Assembly (NCBI GenBank): GCA_007129255.1 | Contig: SKVW01000180.1 | Span: forward strand, 1-56,148 | DNA: 56,148 nt | Source of the DNA: Bacteroidales bacterium | GTDB taxonomy: Bacteria; Bacteroidota; Bacteroidia; Bacteroidales; UBA7960 | Reading direction: 5' to 3' | Part shown: one piece after another, positions 28,971 through 38,277 of the stretch | Layout: every line of letters starts with the position of its first letter | How positions within the stretch are numbered: the first letter of the stretch is position 1 | Notes under the pieces: generated by a model | Databases searched by the model: none | Seen by the model: the letters and a program-made list of their open reading frames with translations, nothing else | What the model was told of the DNA's origin: nothing | Position numbers and translations under genes: made by a program

Positions 28971-29349
28971 GGCCTGAATTGGCGTTTAATATTATTGTGG
29001 AATTTTAAAACAAAAATAAATTTTTCCATTTTAGCAGGAATGGCAAAAAAATCAAAAATTCAACAAAGCCAGTATGAAAAAGTTCAACCCTTTAGTTATA
29101 TGGTAGTTTTTTGTTTACAATTTTGTCTTTTTACCAAAACAATTTCTCTTTTGAGAAACCCATGGTATTGTTCCAGCAGGGGGTTTAGTTAAAATAGTTG
29201 GATTATACTTCGCTTAAAAAAAACAGAAAGTTTTGCAGCATAAATGATGAAAAAATTCTTATATTGTGTTGCAAGAAGCAGATAATAATAAAATAACAAA
29301 AACAGCGAAAAATCCCGCCGGAGACCTGGTAAAACAAAGTGACCCATTT

Positions 29350-29721
29350 ATGGAGGATTTAAACATTGAGCCTACTAAAACAACTTTTGGCGTGCGTTTT
29401 CATTCAACCAACGGATTCATGGAGATAAAGGGAAACTCCTATCCAGAAAATGCAATAGAGTTTTTCCAGCCCCTTTTAGACTGGGTGCGAAACTTTACAA
29501 AGGCCAATCGCAAACCCGTAAGGCTGGTTTTCAAAGTAAATTATTTTAATACGAGCTCCTCTAAATATATTTTCAAGCTCATGGAAATTTTTCATGAATA
29601 TCAAAAAAGAGGAAACAAGATTGAAGTGCAATGGCAGTTTTTTCAGGGCCAGGAAGACATGCTTGAAACCTGGCAGGAACTTATGGGGGAACTTGATATG
29701 AAATATCAGGTTGTTAAATAA
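29350..29721 (+). CDS. DUF1987 / SiaC-family regulatory phosphoprotein
   Basis: GNSYPENA..FF.P and YFNTSSSK motifs; about 120 aa. Confidence 0.88.
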   Translation: MEDLNIEPTKTTFGVRFHSTNGFMEIKGNSYPENAIEFFQPLLDWVRNFTKANRKPVRLVFKVNYFNTSSSKYIFKLMEIFHEYQKRGNKIEVQWQFFQGQEDMLETWQELMGELDMKYQVVK

Positions 29722-29754
29722 CGTTTTTTATGAAAGTGCCCCTTTGATTTTTTC

Positions 29755-29762
29755 TAAATTTG
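29755..29762 (+). promoter_or_regulatory. -7 promoter box (TAAATTTG) for the DnaB-like gene
   Basis: TAnnTTTG 32 nt upstream of ATG 29795, with a TTTG further upstream. Confidence 0.55.
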
Positions 29763-29794
29763 AAATTCATTTGTCGTTCTTAAAACCTTATGTC

Positions 29795-30694
29795 ATGGAA
29801 CAAAACACTTTAGAAATCACAGAGCAGACGGAGGTGTTTGGGTTTACCAGCATTCGCGAGCTGGTAAACCAAACACTGAAAAAAGACTTCGGCCGGAAAT
29901 TGAAAAATAATGGGTTATCCTCCGGCTTTAAAGCCCTGGATAAAATTACGGGCGGATTTCAAAAAGGCGAACTCACCACCGTTGCGGTAAAACCCGGCAT
30001 GGGAAAAACCGCTTTTTTATTATCTGTCGCCAATAATATTGCCATCAAAAACAACCATTCGGTGGCTATTTTCTCCTCAGAACGGTCCAACCTAAAAATT
30101 ACCAATCGCCTGATTGAAAGCGAAACAGGGATGTCCCTGGATAAGCTTATGCATGGGGACCTTAAGGATAGCGAGCAAGATCACATGCATTCACTGATCA
30201 GCAGCATTGCCAAAGCCAGTATTTTCCTTGATGATACCCCTTCCTTATCAACCGATGAGCTGGAAAAGAAATCACGTGCCCTTAAGTTGCAGTATAATGT
30301 GGATCTTATCATTGTTGACTACCTGGAGTTGCTTACCACCAGTATTACTGATACATCTTCCCGTGAGGAACAGCTGAGCCGGATCGTTCAAACCCTCAAA
30401 GATATTGCCAGGGAGCTGAACCTGCCCATTTTGTTGTTCTCCCAGATCCCGGGGCATTTTCATGGCTTTGGACAAACCAAACCGCCTTCGCTCAAAAACC
30501 TGCCAGTTTTTTTAAGCGAAATATCCGATGTGGTGATGTTTTTGCATCGAACAGATATTTTCCCTGCTGAAAATCAACCACACGGCAAAGGAATGGTGGA
30601 ACTTATTGTAGCAAAGCATCCTGTGCACAATGAGCAAAATGTTGCCCCTCTTACTTTTATTGAAAGTCATGCCAAATTTGCTGACTTTTCATAA
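29795..30694 (+). CDS. DnaB-like protein, C-terminal ATPase domain only, with degenerate helicase motifs
   Basis: SGF..LDKITGGFQ, Walker A PGMGKT, DDTP, IVDYLEL, REEQL, ARELNLP; no N-terminal domain; KHP in place of KHR. Confidence 0.88.
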   Translation: MEQNTLEITEQTEVFGFTSIRELVNQTLKKDFGRKLKNNGLSSGFKALDKITGGFQKGELTTVAVKPGMGKTAFLLSVANNIAIKNNHSVAIFSSERSNLKITNRLIESETGMSLDKLMHGDLKDSEQDHMHSLISSIAKASIFLDDTPSLSTDELEKKSRALKLQYNVDLIIVDYLELLTTSITDTSSREEQLSRIVQTLKDIARELNLPILLFSQIPGHFHGFGQTKPPSLKNLPVFLSEISDVVMFLHRTDIFPAENQPHGKGMVELIVAKHPVHNEQNVAPLTFIESHAKFADFS

Positions 30695-30714
30695 ATAATA
30701 AAATTTTGCAATTG

Positions 30715-30747
30715 GCCCGGTATTATTTTTTAGTACCGGGCTTTTTT
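30715..30747 (+). terminator. Intrinsic terminator after the DnaB-like gene
   Basis: GCCCGGTA...TACCGGGC stem followed by TTTTTT. Confidence 0.78.
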
Positions 30748-30780
30748 ATTAATTTTCCGGCAAAATTCAAACGGCTTGTT

Positions 30781-31320
30781 ATGGCAATTATAAATGAAAA
30801 CGAATTAAGACGCGATTCTCTGGTAAGTATTGCAAAAAAAATGATCATAGCTGCCCGAACAGCTCCCAAAGCAAAGGGAGTGAATAATATGGCAATGTCT
30901 ATTCTTACAGGTAGCGATATTCAATTGCTTGCAAAAAAAATGAAGGAAATGGGGGAGAAGCAGCAAAATGAAATTTTTACCAGGGATGCCAATAATATCC
31001 GTGCTTCTGCAGATGTGGTGCTGATTATGGGCAGCAAGATTCAAAGTCTTGGGCTGAAGCTTTGCGGCATTTGCGGTTATAAAAATTGTGAAGAAAAAAA
31101 TGAACACCCTGAAGTGCCTTGTGCTTTCAATACTGGTGACCTGGGTATTGCCATCGGGTCAGCTGTGAGTGTTGCCATGGACTACCGGGTGGACAACCGC
31201 ATCATGTATACCATTGGCATGGCTGCCAAAGAACTTGAGTTGCTGGGCAAAGACTTCAAAATCATCTATGGCATTCCCCTGAGTGCCACCTCAAAAAACC
31301 CTTTCTTTGACAGAAAATAA
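30781..31320 (+). CDS. DUF2148 ferredoxin-domain / nitroreductase-like protein
   Basis: AARTAPKAKG, CGICGYKNC..C, DLGIAIGSA, DNRIMY and KNPFFDR motifs. Confidence 0.85.
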   Translation: MAIINENELRRDSLVSIAKKMIIAARTAPKAKGVNNMAMSILTGSDIQLLAKKMKEMGEKQQNEIFTRDANNIRASADVVLIMGSKIQSLGLKLCGICGYKNCEEKNEHPEVPCAFNTGDLGIAIGSAVSVAMDYRVDNRIMYTIGMAAKELELLGKDFKIIYGIPLSATSKNPFFDRK

Positions 31321-31550
31321 ATTAGGATATTAAGGCTGGAACATAAATCATACCGGTCTTTTTTTAACTTTTCTTTGGCTTTTCTCCCTTTCTTTTTTAC
31401 GGTTACCCGGGAATAGACAGTTCTGCCCGGAAAAAATTGCTGTTTTGATTAACCATTCCCGCTGGTAGTTAAAAAAATACGTTTTGCCCTTAATTATTTT
31501 TGTTTTAATAATAAATTTTCTATTTTTGATCTTATTTAAAGAACCGGGCT

Positions 31551-32063
31551 ATGAAACGAAATTCTAATATTGTCACCTTTGGGGGTAACCCGGTGACTTT
31601 ACTCGGAAAAATGGTAAAATCAGGCAACCATGCCAAAAATTTTATTGCCACCACACCAGATTTTAAACCATTTCGTTTGAGCGATCACCAGGGTAAAGTC
31701 CGGATAATTTCTTCCGCTGCAAGTGTTGACACCGATGTTTGTGCAGAGCAAACCAGGCGTTTTAACCTGGAAGCTTCCAAATTGGAGGGAATTCAGGTAA
31801 TACATATTACCTGTGATCTTCCTTTTGCCCTCAAACGGTTTTGTGCGGCCGAAGGTATTGATAAAATCATTACGGTTTCCGATCACAAGGATACTGATTT
31901 TGGGGTGAAATATGGCTTTCTGATTGAAGAATACCGTTTGCTAACCAGGGGTATTGTGGTGATCGATCAGTTTGACATGGTCAGATATGTGGAGTTTGTC
32001 AAAGAGGTATCGGAGCATCCTGATTATGACAAAGCCCTGGCTGCAGCCAGTGAACTTGTCTAG
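31551..32063 (+). CDS. tpx: Thiol peroxidase (atypical 2-Cys peroxiredoxin)
   Basis: [17 protein letters not shown] (peroxidatic Cys), [10 protein letters not shown] (resolving Cys) and EHPDYD motifs. Confidence 0.92.
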   Translation: MKRNSNIVTFGGNPVTLLGKMVKSGNHAKNFIATTPDFKPFRLSDHQGKVRIISSAASVDTDVCAEQTRRFNLEASKLEGIQVIHITCDLPFALKRFCAAEGIDKIITVSDHKDTDFGVKYGFLIEEYRLLTRGIVVIDQFDMVRYVEFVKEVSEHPDYDKALAAASELV

Positions 32064-32079
32064 AAAATTTTTGAAACAA

Positions 32080-32117
32080 AAAAAAGGGTGGTTGCCGATC
32101 GGCAACCACCCTTTTTT
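32080..32117. terminator. Bidirectional terminator (perfect 38-bp palindrome) between tpx and dnaK
   Basis: AAAAAAGGGTGGTTGCC-GATC-GGCAACCACCCTTTTTT. Confidence 0.92.
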
Positions 32118-32132
32118 AATCATTTATTGGAA

Positions 32133-34049
32133 TTACTTCACTTCTTCAAAGTCAACATCGGTAACATCTCCATCATCTCCCTTATCTTTTCCTTCTTTAC
32201 CTTCTTCTGACTTTGGTTCTTCAGCTCCTTGCTGTTCACCCTGTCCCTGGGAAGCCTGGTACATTTCTGAACTGGCGGCTTGCCATGCAGTGTTCAGGGC
32301 AGCCATGGCTGCATCGATCTCTTCGATATTTTTGTTTTTATGGGCTTCCTTAAGCTGGGATAACCCTTTTTCAATCGGCTCTTTTTTATCGGCCGGCAAC
32401 TTCTCTCCAAACTCTTTTAGTTGCTTTTCAGTTTGGAAGATCAAAGAATCGGCAGCATTGATCTTTTCTATCTCTTCCTTGACCTTTTTGTCTTTTTCTG
32501 CATTGGCTTCAGCTTCGGACTTCATTTTCTTGATTTCCTCTTCACTTAATCCGGAAGAAGCTTCAATGCGGATGTTCTGTGATTTACCGGTCGCCTTATC
32601 TTTGGCCGAAACATTCAGAATACCATTGGCATCAATATCAAAAGTTACCTCAATTTGCGGCACTCCTCTTGGGGCCGGGGGTATCCCATCCAGATGAAAG
32701 CGTCCAATGGTGCGGTTATCTTTTGCCATGGGCCTTTCACCTTGCAGGATATGGATCTCTACTGAAGTTTGGTTATCGGCTGCCGTGGAAAAAGTTTCCA
32801 TTTTCTTAGTCGGGATGGTGGTATTGGCCTCAATTAGCTTGGTCATTACCCCGCCCATGGTTTCAATACCAAGGGAAAGCGGAGTGACATCCAAAAGCAA
32901 TACGTCTTTAATTTCTCCCGTTAAAACAGCACCCTGAATTGCAGCACCAATAGAAACTACCTCATCGGGGTTTACGCCCTTGGAAGGTTTTTTGCCAAAG
33001 AATTTTTCAACTACTTCCTGGATTGCCGGAATACGTGTTGAACCGCCTACAAGAATTACTTCATCAATGTCTGAAGGCTGGATCTTGGCATCTTTCAGTG
33101 CCTTTTTACACGGTTCAAGAGTAGCCTGAATAAGCTTATCGGTAAGCTGCTCAAACTTACTTCTGCTGAGAGTTTTTACCAGGTGCTTTGGTATTCCGTC
33201 AACCGGCATAATGTATGGCAGGTTGATCTCCGTGGAAGTGGAGCTGGAAAGTTCTATTTTGGCTTTCTCAGCAGCTTCTTTCAGGCGTTGTTTTGCCATG
33301 GGATCTTTTCGGAGATCAATTCCTTCGTCTTTTTTAAACTCTTCAGCCAGCCAGTCAATGATAATGTCATCAAAATCGTCACCTCCCAGGTGGGTGTCCC
33401 CATGAGTGGATTTAACTTCAAATACCCCGTCGCCCAATTCCAGAATGGAAATGTCAAAGGTACCGCCACCCAGGTCAAAGACGGCAATCCGTATGTCCTT
33501 GTCTTTTTTGTCCAGCCCATAAGCCAAAGAGGCTGCCGTTGGCTCATTAATAATGCGGCGTACTTTCAATCCGGCAATTTCACCGGCTTCTTTGGTGGCC
33601 TGGCGTTGCGAATCATTAAAATATGCCGGAACAGTAATCACTGCTTCCGTTACTTCCTGCCCCAGGTAATCTTCTGCGGTTTTCTTCATCTTCTGAAGCA
33701 CCATAGCAGAGATCTCCTGCGGAGTATATTTACGGTCGTCAATTACCACCCTGGGAATATTATTTTCGCCTTTGTCCAGTTTATAGGCCACCCGTTGACG
33801 CTCTTTTTCAGCAGTATCATAGGTTTCTCCCATAAACCGCTTGATAGAATATACAGTTTTTTCAGGATTGATAATGGCCTGCCGTTTGGCTGGGTCTCCT
33901 ACCTTTCGTTCTCCGTTTTCTGTAAAAGCAACAATGGATGGGGTTGTGCGGCGTCCTTCGCTGTTGGGAATAACTACCGGTTCATTACCTTCCATCACTG
34001 CTACGCATGAGTTGGTTGTTCCTAAATCAATACCTATTATTTTACCCAT
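32133..34049 (-). CDS. dnaK: Chaperone DnaK (Hsp70)
   Basis: [33 protein letters not shown] and NPDEVV motifs. Confidence 0.99.
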   Translation of the reverse strand: MGKIIGIDLGTTNSCVAVMEGNEPVVIPNSEGRRTTPSIVAFTENGERKVGDPAKRQAIINPEKTVYSIKRFMGETYDTAEKERQRVAYKLDKGENNIPRVVIDDRKYTPQEISAMVLQKMKKTAEDYLGQEVTEAVITVPAYFNDSQRQATKEAGEIAGLKVRRIINEPTAASLAYGLDKKDKDIRIAVFDLGGGTFDISILELGDGVFEVKSTHGDTHLGGDDFDDIIIDWLAEEFKKDEGIDLRKDPMAKQRLKEAAEKAKIELSSSTSTEINLPYIMPVDGIPKHLVKTLSRSKFEQLTDKLIQATLEPCKKALKDAKIQPSDIDEVILVGGSTRIPAIQEVVEKFFGKKPSKGVNPDEVVSIGAAIQGAVLTGEIKDVLLLDVTPLSLGIETMGGVMTKLIEANTTIPTKKMETFSTAADNQTSVEIHILQGERPMAKDNRTIGRFHLDGIPPAPRGVPQIEVTFDIDANGILNVSAKDKATGKSQNIRIEASSGLSEEEIKKMKSEAEANAEKDKKVKEEIEKINAADSLIFQTEKQLKEFGEKLPADKKEPIEKGLSQLKEAHKNKNIEEIDAAMAALNTAWQAASSEMYQASQGQGEQQGAEEPKSEEGKEGKDKGDDGDVTDVDFEEVK

Positions 34050-34101
34050 TGTTTATTTTATTTTTTGGATTTTTTCATTACAAATTTTCGGTTTTAACAT
34101 T

Positions 34102-34116
34102 TCAATCATTATGCCA
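34102..34116 (-). promoter_or_regulatory. Putative sigma54-type (-24/-12) promoter of dnaK
   Basis: Minus strand TGGCATAATGATTGA fits TGGCAC-N5-TTGC spacing; about 52 nt upstream of the ATG. Confidence 0.6.
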
Positions 34117-34312
34117 TTGATGGTTTTTCGGGTATTTTTGAAATATTGGCACTGAAATTTAGCTTTAATCCGGCCATTATACCTGATAACACTTTTATTA
34201 ACAATAATAATGAATTGTATGTCAGTTTGTTATGGTGTTTGGGCTATTGGTAAGGGTTGTTGTCAAAGAAAAGCCCCAAAGATGTCAGAAGGGTGACAAA
34301 AAGGCATGAGGT

Positions 34313-36760
34313 CTAGAATCTTGCCACCAGTTTGATGTTGATCAGCCTTGAAGTGAGGAAGTTTGGAACGGCGTACATCCGGTTTTCAACATCTTTTATC
34401 CAAAGGTAAGAAATGGTATTGTTGATTTCAAGCAGGTTAAATACTTCGGCTGTGAGCCATAAGGATTCAAAATTACCCCAGAGGGAGTTTTCCCCAAACT
34501 GGCTTTCGCTGCTGATCAACTGTTTGGAAAACCCAATGTCCACTCTTTTGTAGGAAGGCATGCGCAGTGTGTCTTTATGCCGCTCGAAGGTGGGTGGCCC
34601 GAAGGGCATGCCCGTACCAAAAATGAACCCAAGCTGCACCTTGTAAGATGGGTTGCGCGGCAGAAAATCCTGGAAAAACATACTGAAATTGAACCGCTGG
34701 TCGGTGGGCCTGGGAATGTATCCGGCCGGAATCAGGTTGCCATCGGCATCGGTGTAAAAACTGTCTTCTATTTTTTCTTCGGTTTTTAATAAGGAGATGC
34801 TTGCCCAGGACTCCACACCGGGAACAAACTCCCCATGAACCTTCATGTCCAGCCCGGTGGCATAACCACTGGCTATATTGTCGGCATAATACCTTATCCT
34901 TACATTATCCAGTTCATAAGGAATCAGGTTGTTGAGTTGCTTATAATAAGCCTCGGCGGTATATTTGAAAGGCCTGCCCCATGCCTGGAAGTTATATTCC
35001 GAACCCAGGACGAAGTGGATCGATTCCTGGGCTTTGATGTTTTGATTGAGTTGCCCGGTTAGGTCTCTAAGCTCCCGGTAAAACGGGGGTTGATGAAAGT
35101 AACCTGCCGAGGCCCTGAATGCCCAGCTAGGTGCCCACACAGGTTTATAAAGCAGGGTAGCCCGGGGACTGAAAACGAACTGGTTATTGAAATCCCAGTA
35201 ATTTGCCCTGAAACCCGCCGTGAGGGCAAACCTGCCGTGTGGTCTCTGAATCTCCCAGGTGTTTTGCACGAAGCCTGATAGACGATTTGACTGCAAATTG
35301 ATGCGGGCACTAAGGGTGTCCTGCAGAAGTACTTGTTCATCCGGTTTTTGCGGCAGTGTAAAACCTGCAGAATCGATCATGGTCCATTCATTCAGGCGAT
35401 CAAATATATCTTCATGCTGAAATTTTATGCCCCATTTCAGCTGCTGGTCGTCAAAAGTGTGATCTCCTTTATGCTCAAGGTTCCAGACAATTGCATTAAG
35501 GTAATTCCTGGCATGGTTCAAAAAAGTTCCCACACCAAGTGGTTCTCCGGTGGGTTGCCCAAAATCATCCTCCCCAAAATCGGTTTCTACCCTTCGAAGC
35601 CAGTATTGGCCCAGGATGTCAAAGTTTTCGGTTTCATCGGTTTGAAACACCGAGGTGATCAGTTGAAGGTTTGTTTCCGGCTGAAGCTGGTAATGAAGAG
35701 ATAATGCCCCCATGGCGGTGATGAAACGATCCACCTCCTGTCCATCAAAAAACACGGTAAGCTGTTTTACATCGGTAAGGGTGCCAAAGCGGGTATTTTG
35801 TACTTCGGGTTCGAAAAGGTAACGGTTAAGGCTTAAATTTCCTAAAAAACTTAATTCCAGCCTGTTTGTAATGTCATAAGTCAGCAAAGTTTGAAAGTCG
35901 GAAAAAGAAGGCCGGTAATCTCCCTTGGTGTCCAGGGTGCCGAGAAGGTATTGATTGGATTTGTGACGCAAGCCTGCCAGGTAACTGAATTTCTGATTTT
36001 GAGATACGCCTTCCAGGTGCAGAGAGCCTTCCAGCAGACTCATGGAAAAAGAACCCCCGAATTTTTCCGGCTTCCGGTATTCAATGTCCAGTACCGATGC
36101 CATTTTGTCCCCATATTGGGGAGTGAATCCTCCGGCAGAAAATTTAATGGAAGAAACCAGGTCGGAATTGAGGAAACTTAACCCTTCCTGCTGCCCGGAA
36201 CGGACCAAAAACGGACGATAAATTTCAATGCCATTGACATAGATTAGGTTTTCATCAAAACTTCCCCCACGAACAGAATATTGAGCAGAAAGTTCGGTGG
36301 TAGAGGAGACCCCGGGAAGGGTTTTTACCAGTGCTTCCACACTTGAGGTAGGACCTGGCAAAAGGGCAGTGAGATTTGGATCGAGCCTGGTGAGGTCAGT
36401 AGAAAGAATTTGCCGGTCCACTACTTCTACATCCGGCAGGTCTGTTGCAATGGGCTGCAGGGTAATATTGAGGGTGCGGGTTTCATTAGGACTCAGGTTG
36501 AGAGATACATTGCGGGGCGTGTATCCGAGATAGGAAACGATCAGGTTGATGCCGGTGGCTGCAGGAACCCTGAACCGGAAAAAACCGTCTTCACCGGTAG
36601 AAGTGCCAATAGAGGTATCCTGAATGGCCAGGTTAACAAATTCAAGAGGATTGCCTTGATCATCGAGCACATGACCCTCAAGAACAGCATGCTGAGCCGT
36701 GGACTGAAGGCACAGGATCATCAAAAAAAACAGGAATAAATGGACCCGGAATTTTTTCAC
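34313..36760 (-). CDS. TonB-dependent receptor with carboxypeptidase-regulatory-like N-terminal domain (GTG 36760 preferred start)
   Basis: Signal peptide, G.V.D..G.PL..VN, SYLGY, plug motif LPGV..YSVRGG..DEN, C-terminal Phe. Confidence 0.9.
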   Translation of the reverse strand: MKKFRVHLFLFFLMILCLQSTAQHAVLEGHVLDDQGNPLEFVNLAIQDTSIGTSTGEDGFFRFRVPAATGINLIVSYLGYTPRNVSLNLSPNETRTLNITLQPIATDLPDVEVVDRQILSTDLTRLDPNLTALLPGPTSSVEALVKTLPGVSSTTELSAQYSVRGGSFDENLIYVNGIEIYRPFLVRSGQQEGLSFLNSDLVSSIKFSAGGFTPQYGDKMASVLDIEYRKPEKFGGSFSMSLLEGSLHLEGVSQNQKFSYLAGLRHKSNQYLLGTLDTKGDYRPSFSDFQTLLTYDITNRLELSFLGNLSLNRYLFEPEVQNTRFGTLTDVKQLTVFFDGQEVDRFITAMGALSLHYQLQPETNLQLITSVFQTDETENFDILGQYWLRRVETDFGEDDFGQPTGEPLGVGTFLNHARNYLNAIVWNLEHKGDHTFDDQQLKWGIKFQHEDIFDRLNEWTMIDSAGFTLPQKPDEQVLLQDTLSARINLQSNRLSGFVQNTWEIQRPHGRFALTAGFRANYWDFNNQFVFSPRATLLYKPVWAPSWAFRASAGYFHQPPFYRELRDLTGQLNQNIKAQESIHFVLGSEYNFQAWGRPFKYTAEAYYKQLNNLIPYELDNVRIRYYADNIASGYATGLDMKVHGEFVPGVESWASISLLKTEEKIEDSFYTDADGNLIPAGYIPRPTDQRFNFSMFFQDFLPRNPSYKVQLGFIFGTGMPFGPPTFERHKDTLRMPSYKRVDIGFSKQLISSESQFGENSLWGNFESLWLTAEVFNLLEINNTISYLWIKDVENRMYAVPNFLTSRLINIKLVARF

Positions 36761-36877
36761 CTGGCAAAAATATAAATAATATGTCGTATTCTGCTTAAAT
36801 TGAAAAGCAATCCCCAAAACCGGGGTGCTGAAAATATAACATTTCCCGGCATTTTTTATTGCATCCGAAAAAGTTAT

Positions 36878-37528
36878 TTATTGTCTGCGAAAACGTCCTT
36901 CCCGCCAGGCTTTAATAAATTCTCCCCATGCCAGGGGATCAAAAATACGCATGGGGGGGCGCTGTCCTGCATAATAAAGACGGTTGGCTTGCTGATTCAT
37001 TTGATGCCGGAAATTCATGGACCCATCCATGGGCATTTCTTCCATGCGGTCTTTCATTTCTGCCCTGGCAAGGTTTCGCATGGCATAGTCATAATCGTCA
37101 TCGGGCACCTCCGTATGAATAAAGGCATGCCTGAATTGCTCCCGCGTTGGCCAGGGGTATATGACTGTTTCCGGAAGATGAATGGTATCTTTTGACATGA
37201 GTTGTATGGCCGAATACCTGTTTTGGGTGAGGGTGTCGGGAACGGTGTAATAAACTTCCTTATAGCCCACCGAAGAAAACCTCAGGGTGTCGGATGTATA
37301 AACCGGCAGGGAGAAAAAACCATTGTAATCCGAAACCGTACCCCTCTGAGTGCCTTTTACATAAACTGTTGCATAGGAGACAGGCTCGAGGCTGTCACCC
37401 GTTAACACAAGCCCGGAAAATTGTATGACCCTGCCCGGACGATCCTTCCCACTCGTATTGCCCGCCCCTTGCAGCAACAATACGCAGCCAATCAAAAACA
37501 AAATCAGATGTTTGGACTTTAGTGGCAT
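36878..37528 (-). CDS. Carboxypeptidase-regulatory-like domain protein, exported
   Basis: Hydrophobic N-terminus; FSG.V...DS.EPV.YATV..GT.RGT.SD.NGFFS...DTL.FSSVGY. Confidence 0.82.
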   Translation of the reverse strand: MPLKSKHLILFLIGCVLLLQGAGNTSGKDRPGRVIQFSGLVLTGDSLEPVSYATVYVKGTQRGTVSDYNGFFSLPVYTSDTLRFSSVGYKEVYYTVPDTLTQNRYSAIQLMSKDTIHLPETVIYPWPTREQFRHAFIHTEVPDDDYDYAMRNLARAEMKDRMEEMPMDGSMNFRHQMNQQANRLYYAGQRPPMRIFDPLAWGEFIKAWREGRFRRQ

Positions 37529-37641
37529 AAGAAGATTATTAGAAAATATCAAAAATTAATCACAAATCAGACCAAAAATTTTCAAAGGCAGGGTTTGGTT
37601 TTTTTAATTAACCAATCCGGGCTCCCATTGTTTTTTTATAC

Positions 37642-37677
37642 AAAAAAAGGCTGTTGTTTCTATAACAACAGCCTTTT
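37642..37677. terminator. Intrinsic terminator after rpmB
   Basis: AAAAGGCTGTTGTT-TCTAT-AACAACAGCCTTTT with A/T flanks. Confidence 0.85.
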
Positions 37678-37710
37678 GGTTTTATTTTTTAGGAAACCTT
37701 TTTAAAGTGC

Positions 37711-37947
37711 CTACTTATAATATCCTTTAAGTTTAGCTTCTTTAAGGCTGGCCTTAATTCCTTTTTTGTTAATGATCCTGATTCCTTTTGCAGATACCTT
37801 CAAGGTGATCCAGCGGTTTTCTTCAGGAATAAAAAACTTTTTTTCCTGGATGTTGGGATAATACCATCTTTTGGTTTTGATATTGGAGTGCGATACCTTA
37901 TGCCCTACAATTGGCCTTTTCCCGGTTATCTGACAAATTCGTGACAT
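37711..37947 (-). CDS. rpmB: 50S ribosomal protein bL28
   Basis: [19 protein letters not shown]...PN motif. Confidence 0.97.
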   Translation of the reverse strand: MSRICQITGKRPIVGHKVSHSNIKTKRWYYPNIQEKKFFIPEENRWITLKVSAKGIRIINKKGIKASLKEAKLKGYYK

Positions 37948-38277
37948 TGCTGTATGATTTAGGTTCGAATAACTTTTTTCTTAACGCGTTTTTTGAGGAG
38001 TGCAAAGTACGGGATTTTTTTTCTTATTGACAAATGTTTCTTTGGTTTTTTAAAAACCCCCTGATGAGGGATTCTCAGTTTTATTTTACTGGTTTTACCA
38101 ACCGGTTATTTGCTATCTCAAAAGCAATGCTCTTTTTTATATTATTTACCTGCATGCAATACCCCGGGGAACAATTCTTCCGTTGAATATGTAAACAATA
38201 CTATGGATTTATTGGTTTTTTAAACCTAAGTTTTTAATTTTATAATGTAATAGATTGAAAATAATCAAAGATCCGGT

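Noticed and set aside
28917-29192. 91-aa + strand ORF upstream of siaC
   Set aside because: Overlaps the MerR gene start and looks like translated AT-rich promoter DNA
29795-30694. Prophage or plasmid origin, or frameshifted pseudogene, for the second DnaB
   Set aside because: No integrase, phage or rep genes nearby; the ORF is intact with its own promoter and terminator; the upstream sequence encodes SiaC rather than a broken DnaB N-terminus
32080-32117. Perfect 38-bp palindrome as a mobile-element end or CRISPR repeat
   Set aside because: Single copy between convergent genes with A/T tails; explained as a bidirectional terminator
31972-34010. Long + strand ORFs antisense to dnaK (241 aa and 275 aa)
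   Set aside because: Typical shadow ORFs opposite a highly conserved Hsp70 gene; no recognisable protein features
34147-34163. Second sigma54-like TGGCAC on the + strand
   Set aside because: The -12 element is misplaced and no + strand gene lies downstream
38003-38010. -7 box for rpmB (GTACTTTG on the minus strand)
   Set aside because: One base short of the TAnnTTTG consensus; plausible but not listed as a feature
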